A DNA stretch of 34,508 nt from NCBI GenBank assembly GCA_001003385.1, contig LCPA01000004.1, positions 1 to 34,508 on the forward strand. Direction: 5' to 3'. A program made the translations under genes and the position numbers. The DNA comes from Microgenomates group bacterium GW2011_GWF2_47_9 (GTDB taxonomy: Bacteria > Patescibacteriota > Microgenomatia > UBA1400 > UBA12108). Positions 29,008 through 34,508 of the stretch are shown piece after piece. Position 1 is the first letter of the stretch. Every line of letters begins with the position of its first letter. Below the pieces are notes generated by a model that was not told the DNA's origin, did not search any database, and was given only the letters and a program-made list of their open reading frames with translations.

Positions 29008-29764
29008 ACTCAAGGAATGTTAGCTCATGCGCAAAGTCAGCCTCACTCCTAAACTCCACCTGTTTCCCCGACCCCGGATGAGGAAATGACAAACTATACG
29101 CATGCAACATCACTCTCCCAACCCACTTGCGGTCCTCACGGGCCCGCTTACGCCCCGCATACAACACATCCCCTACCAAAGGATGTCCTAAGTGCTTGGC
29201 ATGTACGCGGATTTGGTGCATCCGGCCGGTAAGTGGCATAAAGCTCACCAGACTAAATCCTGTATATCCACGTGTATTTACCTTTAACTCCGGGGGGAAT
29301 TTTGTGCCATTATACCTCGCTAGTACTTCCCAGCTTGTCGAGCTCTCTCTCCCGTCTTCTCTTACTCCCATCATCTTGCGGTTGTGTCGTTGACGTCCGA
29401 TGGGCAGGCTAATTGTCCCTCTGTCGGCCTTCCAGATCCCGTGCGTGAGAGCTAAATACTCCTTGTGTACCAATCTTTCTCTAAAACTCGTCAGCAAGGC
29501 CTCAAACGACCTGGGGGTCTTTGCAAGCACCATGAGACCACTTGTCTCTTTGTCTAAACGATGTACCAAACCAGACCTCTCTTTAAAATACTCGACAGAC
29601 TCACGGCTTACCCCCTCCCCACTCACACGGTCAGAAGATATCCTCTCCTCCATAAATCCTTGAATAGTGGGCACCCTCACCGTCTCAGCTTTGTTAGAGA
29701 CCATCCCTACCGGCTTATTCACAACCAAGATCTCGTTGTCCTCAAAAATTACTTCAACTTCCAT
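28997..29764 (-). CDS. RluA/RluD-family pseudouridine synthase (no S4 domain)
   Basis: VNKP.G, catalytic HRLDKETSG, TGRMHQIRVH, GHPLVGD.LY, LHA. Confidence 0.93.
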   Translation of the reverse strand: MEVEVIFEDNEILVVNKPVGMVSNKAETVRVPTIQGFMEERISSDRVSGEGVSRESVEYFKERSGLVHRLDKETSGLMVLAKTPRSFEALLTSFRERLVHKEYLALTHGIWKADRGTISLPIGRQRHNRKMMGVREDGRESSTSWEVLARYNGTKFPPELKVNTRGYTGFSLVSFMPLTGRMHQIRVHAKHLGHPLVGDVLYAGRKRAREDRKWVGRVMLHAYSLSFPHPGSGKQVEFRSEADFAHELTFLESIE

Positions 29765-30117
29765 GAAGATATTCTATCAAAGATCGCCGCCAATACTCCC
29801 CCCACAATCATATAATCTGATAAGTTATTGACGATCCCACCAAAAAACGGCAAATAATCCACAACCCCACCCCAAATAACTCGCATCAACATATTCCCCG
29901 CTCCTCCGATAACCACCATAAATAGAGCGATCTTCTCTCTACCCTGGCTTAACAAATACAACCCCACACACCCCAATAAGGCAAAAAAAGCCATCGCTTT
30001 TGGCAAGCCAAGTGAAAATGCAACGCCTGGATTGATTTCAGCCTGACCCCTAGCCAAAAAAACCTGGGCCAAAACAAGATCAACCACAATCACACTAAGT
30101 AAAGCCCACCCTTTCAC
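29749..30117 (-). CDS. lspA: Lipoprotein signal peptidase II (short, divergent)
   Basis: N.GVAFS, GGAGN...R, GVVDY and NLSD (two catalytic Asp motifs). Lies between dksA-like and rluA-type genes. GTG 30117 is the likely start. Confidence 0.75.
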   Translation of the reverse strand: MKGWALLSVIVVDLVLAQVFLARGQAEINPGVAFSLGLPKAMAFFALLGCVGLYLLSQGREKIALFMVVIGGAGNMLMRVIWGGVVDYLPFFGGIVNNLSDYMIVGGVLAAIFDRISSWKLK

Positions 30118-30119
30118 TT

Positions 30120-30476
30120 CTAACCTTTCGATTTGGCACAATTTACACAATACTCTGCCGTCGGATCAATTCCCAGCCTATCTGTATCAATCATTTTTTT
30201 GCATTTTAAGCATTTACCATACTCCCCCTGTTCTACTCGATTCATCGTCTGTCTCACTCGCGTCAAGGCCGCCTCTGTCTCTTTCGAAAGCACCTCAGAT
30301 TGAGCGTGTCCAAATTGGCTCGCCGCCTCAGCATCATCGGAAGCATTATCATTAAACCTTGAAGTATCGGCGTAAGGATCCTCTTTCTTAAGCTCTCCTT
30401 TTCTGCGCAGTAGATCACCTTCAAGTCTTTTCAAGTATACAAGGATTGGCTTGAGCAAGTTCTTTGGATAGTCCAT
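30120..30476 (-). CDS. DksA/TraR C4-type zinc-finger protein
   Basis: Coiled coil with acidic tip (NDNASDDAEA), G.YG.CLKC...I..DRL...P.A.YCVNC. Confidence 0.88.
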   Translation of the reverse strand: MDYPKNLLKPILVYLKRLEGDLLRRKGELKKEDPYADTSRFNDNASDDAEAASQFGHAQSEVLSKETEAALTRVRQTMNRVEQGEYGKCLKCKKMIDTDRLGIDPTAEYCVNCAKSKG

Positions 30477-30478
30477 TC

Positions 30479-31303
30479 TTATTTCCCTCCTCTTATTTTA
30501 ATTCTTTGACGGTTTCTACTAATCAACAAGGGTTCGGGTTTCCCCAACTTCCTCCCCACTCTCTTATAAACCAAAACCCCCGCTAAAACAATCATAAAAA
30601 TTCCAAGCAAGAGTTGGACAGGCAAAATTCCAATCGCATAACCCGTCACCATAAAGCTACGGATAGTAAAGAATAGCCCCCACAAGCCCAAAAAGGCCAA
30701 ACTGGCCAACCCATCCTTGGCAACGCTAGACTCACCTTTATACCAACTATAAAATCGAAACTCCTTCCGAATCCTCGAAGTTATTCCCAATGAAAATAAT
30801 GCGAAAAACATTCCAAATAACTCAACCGGTACTCGTCGACCCGAAAGTCCTGGGTAAACCAACCCCATGGCCACCTCTTTTCCTCCTCCAGAACCGTTAA
30901 AAAACACCCCCATAAACCCGAAGAGTAAAACAACAGAAAGAGAAACTGAGATTGCGTCCATTACTTTCCAGGAGTCCCACGCCTTACTATTGGCAAACAA
31001 GTGGAAAAATAGAATGGATGATAGTATCCCCCAAAAATAGTCCATGCCTGGATAAGCCAAAACAGCCACTATCCGATAAAAAGTCCCCATCTCTTCCCAA
31101 TGCGGGATCACATACCCGATCCTTCCCACGACCAAAAATAACAGAATCGCCAAGAAATATCCGTCAAACAACTCAATTTCTTCCCAGTGTTCATCACGCC
31201 CCATCTTCCACCAATAATATAGCCCCAAAAGTCCTCCCAAAAACATGAATATGCCCATGGTATATATCCGTACCGGACCAAGCGAAAGTAAGACTGGAAA
31301 CAT
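30479..31303 (-). CDS. lgt: Lgt-like (prolipoprotein diacylglyceryl transferase fold) protein, catalytic motifs degenerate
   Basis: MFPVL..LGP..IY..G start, GRI.YV, D......L...FG..G.FFNG...G, P.ELF and 7-TM layout. Upstream of lspA. TACAAT lies 9 nt before ATG 31303. Confidence 0.7.
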   Translation of the reverse strand: MFPVLLSLGPVRIYTMGIFMFLGGLLGLYYWWKMGRDEHWEEIELFDGYFLAILLFLVVGRIGYVIPHWEEMGTFYRIVAVLAYPGMDYFWGILSSILFFHLFANSKAWDSWKVMDAISVSLSVVLLFGFMGVFFNGSGGGKEVAMGLVYPGLSGRRVPVELFGMFFALFSLGITSRIRKEFRFYSWYKGESSVAKDGLASLAFLGLWGLFFTIRSFMVTGYAIGILPVQLLLGIFMIVLAGVLVYKRVGRKLGKPEPLLISRNRQRIKIRGGK

Positions 31304-31331
31304 ATAAGCCACATTGTACAACAAATAACCC

Positions 31332-31360
31332 TTGCGTGTTTACTATTTTCTCTTTAAACT
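31332..31360 (+). promoter_or_regulatory. sigma70 promoter TTGCGT-N17-TAAACT
   Basis: 17-bp spacer; -10 ends 6 nt before ATG 31367. Confidence 0.55.
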
Positions 31361-31366
31361 TAGCCC

Positions 31367-31792
31367 ATGCTCTCAATATCTCACGCAACTGTTGGTGCAT
31401 TTATCGCAACCAGCGTAGAAAATCCCGCGCTCTCGATCCCCCTTATTCTCGCCTCCCATTACTTGCTTGACGCTGTTCCACATTGGGATGCTGGGACTGG
31501 CCTCGGGAACGGCAGCAAATCAGTAGGTAAAGCCCTACTACTCGAACTCCCAGATCTCTTGTTGGCCGGCACAATAGTTCTCCTCTTTTTCCTGCTCCCG
31601 CAAATCTGGGGAGCCTTCCTTGGCCTTCTCCCAGACTTCTTAGAGGCCCCGCGCAATTTCCTCAAATACGAGCCCGCCGTCCTTCGGCCCCTAAACAAGT
31701 TTCACCATGCTTTTCACCACTCAATTCCCCATCTTCTCCCCGGCCTTGCGCCCCAAATCATCCTGCTCCTCACAATCTGGTTCTATCGATAA
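31367..31792 (+). CDS. Small membrane protein with His/Asp metal-binding motifs (metal-dependent hydrolase-like)
   Basis: SHATVG, SHYLLD.VPHWD, LLPD, FHHAFHH and 4-5 hydrophobic segments. Confidence 0.65.
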   Translation: MLSISHATVGAFIATSVENPALSIPLILASHYLLDAVPHWDAGTGLGNGSKSVGKALLLELPDLLLAGTIVLLFFLLPQIWGAFLGLLPDFLEAPRNFLKYEPAVLRPLNKFHHAFHHSIPHLLPGLAPQIILLLTIWFYR

Positions 31793-31813
31793 ATATGGTA
31801 AAATAAGACTGGA

Positions 31814-31897
31814 GCCGAGGTGGCGAAATGGTATACGCGTAGGTCTCAAAAACCTATGGTCTCAACAACCATGCGGGTCCGATTCCCGCCCTCGGCA
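31814..31897 (+). tRNA. tRNA-Leu(CAA)
   Basis: Acceptor GCCGAGG/CCTCGGC+A, anticodon stem TAGGT/ACCTA with loop CTCAAAA, long variable arm TGGT/ACCA, T-stem GCGGG/CCCGC. CCA is not encoded. Extended -10 TGGTAAAAT at 31796-31804. Confidence 0.93.
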
Positions 31898-31928
31898 CTC
31901 AAAGCCTTGGCGACGTGTGTCCTCGGCA

Positions 31929-33236
31929 CTATCTCGCCTTGTCCATCCCGTAAAATCTTACGCGTTCACCCCTAAACTTGAGATCAATCGTTCGCAAAGC
32001 CCCATTCCGGTGCTTTGCCACGTTCAGTTTTACACTTGAAAAGTCCTCACTATCCTCTCGGTACAAAAACATGACTACGTCCGCATCTTGCTCAATTGAA
32101 CCGCTTTCTCGCAAATCAGACAGTTGCGGTTGTGCCCCCCCTCGATGCTCGACAGCCCGCGACAGCTGTGATAACGACAGTACGGGTACTTTGAGTTCGC
32201 GCGCCAAGTTCTTCAAACCTTGGCTAATTTCAGCCACCTCTTGTACCCTATTCTCAAGATTTCTCCCTCTCATTAGTTGGAGGTAATCAACCACAATCAG
32301 TCCAACATTGTGTTCAGATTTGAGCCTTCTTGCCTTGGTGCGCATCTCAAGTACCGAGATCCCCGGCGTGTCATCAATATATAGTGGGGCGTCAGCCAAA
32401 ACTCCCATCGCTTCCGACAATTTCTCAAAGTCTGCGCTCGTCAATTTCCCCGTCTTCAATCTCCATGCGTCGATATCTGCCTGCGCCACCAACAAACGGT
32501 CGACAAGCTCTTCTTTACTCATCTCCAAAGAGAAAAATCCAACCGGAACTTTGCCCACAACTGAGGCATACTGGGCAATGTTTAAAGAAAATGCTGTCTT
32601 GCCGGTACCTGGTCTTGCCGCCAAAATAATCAAGTTAGAATCCTGAAATCCAGCCAAGGTGTTGTCCAAATCCGTAAAACCCGTCGCAACTCCTCGTAGT
32701 GCCCCAGACTTTTTGTGTAGTTCGTCAAGACGGTCAAAGCTCTCCGCCAAAACATTCTTTAGTGGAATAAACCCCTGCTTCAAGTGTTTTTGAGAAAGAG
32801 AGAAAATCTTCTGCTCGGCCGTGTCTAGCATTTCCTTAACCGGCACCCCCTCGTCAAACCCCATCTCAATCACACCCGAGGAATCGCTAATCATTTTTCG
32901 TCTTGTGTAATAATCCTGGATTATCTCGCCGTAGTGTTTAACGTTGGCACTAGATGGCACACCTTCAACAAGCTTCGACAAATAGGCAACTCCCCCGATT
33001 TCTGTGAGGCTGTTTCGCTCTTTTAGGCGTTGGGGCAAAGTCACAAGATCGATTGGCTCTCTATCCTCGTAAAGGCTAATCATTGCCGAATAAATATCCG
33101 CGTGCTTGTCCGAGTAGAAAAACTCTGGGGACAAAAAATCAGAAATCTGCACAATCGCGTCCTTGTCGATCAATATCGAACCCAAAACGCTCCTTTCCGC
33201 CGATTCGCTATGTGGGGGAACTTTTACTGTCGCCAT
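31929..33236 (-). CDS. dnaB: Replicative DNA helicase
   Basis: PPHS..AE..VLG, AARPGTGKT, FSLEMS, VDYLQLM, LSQLSRAVE, LSDLRESGSIEQDADVV, KHRNG. No intein. Confidence 0.97.
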   Translation of the reverse strand: MATVKVPPHSESAERSVLGSILIDKDAIVQISDFLSPEFFYSDKHADIYSAMISLYEDREPIDLVTLPQRLKERNSLTEIGGVAYLSKLVEGVPSSANVKHYGEIIQDYYTRRKMISDSSGVIEMGFDEGVPVKEMLDTAEQKIFSLSQKHLKQGFIPLKNVLAESFDRLDELHKKSGALRGVATGFTDLDNTLAGFQDSNLIILAARPGTGKTAFSLNIAQYASVVGKVPVGFFSLEMSKEELVDRLLVAQADIDAWRLKTGKLTSADFEKLSEAMGVLADAPLYIDDTPGISVLEMRTKARRLKSEHNVGLIVVDYLQLMRGRNLENRVQEVAEISQGLKNLARELKVPVLSLSQLSRAVEHRGGAQPQLSDLRESGSIEQDADVVMFLYREDSEDFSSVKLNVAKHRNGALRTIDLKFRGERVRFYGMDKAR

Positions 33237-33248
33237 TGATATATCTTA

Positions 33249-33905
33249 TCACTCAAAAACAATGACCTCGGTAACGTCCTGTGGCAGGGATATCTTCGAA
33301 ACAACCAAGCTCTTAACCGTTCTTGAGGTATGCCCATATGCGCTAACAAATTCTTGCACCGTTTGAAGGCCGCCAAACTCTTTTTGGTCATGTCTCTCAG
33401 TCCGGTAATGCATTGGCAATACATAGAGCGGATCAATCGCCTCTATTACCTTAATTGCCTCTTGCACATTCAAGGTATAAACCCCTCCTACAGGTATCAT
33501 CAATATATCAATTCCATTAAGCTCATCGATCAGCTTCTCGCTTAACTGATGACCCAAGTCTCCGAGGTGTAAAATCCTAATATCCTCAGCTTGTAACACA
33601 AAAATATTATTTTCCCCTCTCTCCTCTCCCCCTTTCTCATCATGCCAAGTCCTGTAACCAAAAATCGAGATCCCTTCAATTTCGTACTCTCCCGGTTCGC
33701 TAATCAGAAATGGTTTAGACGCTTTCGATGTTCCAGCAACTACCCCTGCGTTATTGTGATCATCATGTGCGTGGCTCAAGGTCACAATGTCGGCACTAAC
33801 CGCAGGCATCCTCCACCCAACGAGTTCTCCATAAGGATCGGTCACAATGGTTCCCGATTTTGCCTTTATCTTAAAACTTGCATGACCCAAATAGCTTATT
33901 TCCAT
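33249..33905 (-). CDS. MBL-fold metal-dependent hydrolase
   Basis: LGHASF, TDPY, SHAHDDHN, HD, HLGDLGH, IPVGG, PMHY. Confidence 0.9.
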   Translation of the reverse strand: MEISYLGHASFKIKAKSGTIVTDPYGELVGWRMPAVSADIVTLSHAHDDHNNAGVVAGTSKASKPFLISEPGEYEIEGISIFGYRTWHDEKGGEERGENNIFVLQAEDIRILHLGDLGHQLSEKLIDELNGIDILMIPVGGVYTLNVQEAIKVIEAIDPLYVLPMHYRTERHDQKEFGGLQTVQEFVSAYGHTSRTVKSLVVSKISLPQDVTEVIVFE

Positions 33906-33937
33906 AACACTAACATAATATCACATTGATTTTCATC

Positions 33938-33966
33938 TTGACACAACTCGTGGGGACAATTAGACT
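33938..33966 (+). promoter_or_regulatory. sigma70 promoter TTGACA-N17-TAGACT
   Basis: Perfect -35 and 17-bp spacer; ATG 8 nt downstream of -10. Confidence 0.7.
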
Positions 33967-33974
33967 ACCCTCAA

Positions 33975-34421
33975 ATGAAGATTAAGAAAGAAGTCACTGT
34001 AGCTGTAATTATAGGTCTATTGATCGGCGCCGTTGTAGTGGGCGGTGTACTCCGAGCCAAATCTGCACTTCAAAAGATTGAATCGTCACTAAACTCAACG
34101 CTCAAAGGTGAGAGTTTTAAGGCCGATACAAATTCAGACCCAACCTCACTCTTTCTAACCTTAGAAACCGCCGACAACCAAATCACCGCCTCAAATAAAA
34201 TCACGATTGCAGGCAGAACCCTTCCGAAAGATATGGTTGCCGGTATTGTCATTAACGGAGAAAACGGTGATTCAATCATCGTCCCCGATGAACTAGGATC
34301 ATTTTCTCAAGATATTTCACTCGTAAAAGGCGCCAATACCATTCACGTCACAGTTTACCAAGATGATGGAACCAAGGTAGACTCCACGATTACGGTAGTC
34401 TATACAACCAGCGAGATTTGA
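33975..34421 (+). CDS. Membrane-anchored protein with C-terminal Ig-like beta-sandwich
   Basis: KKEV..A..IGL TM anchor, then I.I.G.T....V.ING......D..G.FS..I.L..GAN.I.V pattern. Confidence 0.75.
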   Translation: MKIKKEVTVAVIIGLLIGAVVVGGVLRAKSALQKIESSLNSTLKGESFKADTNSDPTSLFLTLETADNQITASNKITIAGRTLPKDMVAGIVINGENGDSIIVPDELGSFSQDISLVKGANTIHVTVYQDDGTKVDSTITVVYTTSEI

Positions 34422-34446
34422 TTACTTCCTCATTTTTTGTTATAAC
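34418..34446 (+). promoter_or_regulatory. sigma70 promoter TTGATT-N17-TATAAC with extended TGn
   Basis: Read directly; precedes ATG 34458. Confidence 0.55.
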
Positions 34447-34457
34447 ATCCACTTGCA

Positions 34458-34508
34458 ATGAAAAAAATACCGAAAATCCTAATTTTTGTTTCATTTATAG
34501 CCTCTTTT
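34458..34508 (+). CDS. 5' end of an exported/membrane protein (runs off window)
   Basis: MKKIPKILIFVSFIASF signal-peptide-like start after a promoter. Confidence 0.5.
   Translation, partial: MKKIPKILIFVSFIASF

Noticed and set aside
31707-32039. 110-aa + strand ORF
   Set aside because: It runs through the tRNA and antisense to dnaB, so it is spurious.

Overview
Gene-dense bacterial chromosomal window in standard code 11 (TGA used as stop). Gene content, the pilin style and the degenerate HolB/Lgt/LCP proteins suggest a CPR/Patescibacteria (Microgenomates-like) genome; this is an inference. Left to right: a type IV pilus cluster (minor pilin end, pilD, major pilin, pilC, pilT, pilB); holB-like, gyrB, ppa and gyrA (gyrA broken by an out-of-frame loss of about 13 codons at ~10397); alr-ddl converging on murF and an alpha/beta hydrolase; and a minus-strand redox/signalling operon (acidic anchor protein, MAPR-type cytochrome b5, NOX-like ferric reductase, stalked cytochrome b5, OmpR-type regulator, sensor kinase) with a candidate regulator box. 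Next come a sorbosone/PQQ-type dehydrogenase and a Xer-family tyrosine recombinase. The recombinase is preceded by an ~880 bp non-coding region with dif-arm-like half-sites, a perfect 14-bp inverted repeat bracketing 707 bp, and two long hairpins. The right end holds yebC, a TPR protein, an LCP-like protein, queA, rluA-type, lspA, dksA-like, a degenerate lgt, tRNA-Leu(CAA), dnaB, an MBL hydrolase and hypotheticals. The strongest candidates for new biology are the Xer-adjacent site array (possible invertible switch) and the heme-b5/NOX/two-component module. Many genes look leaderless (-10 box 6-10 nt before ATG). All family calls come from motif reading; no searches were run.
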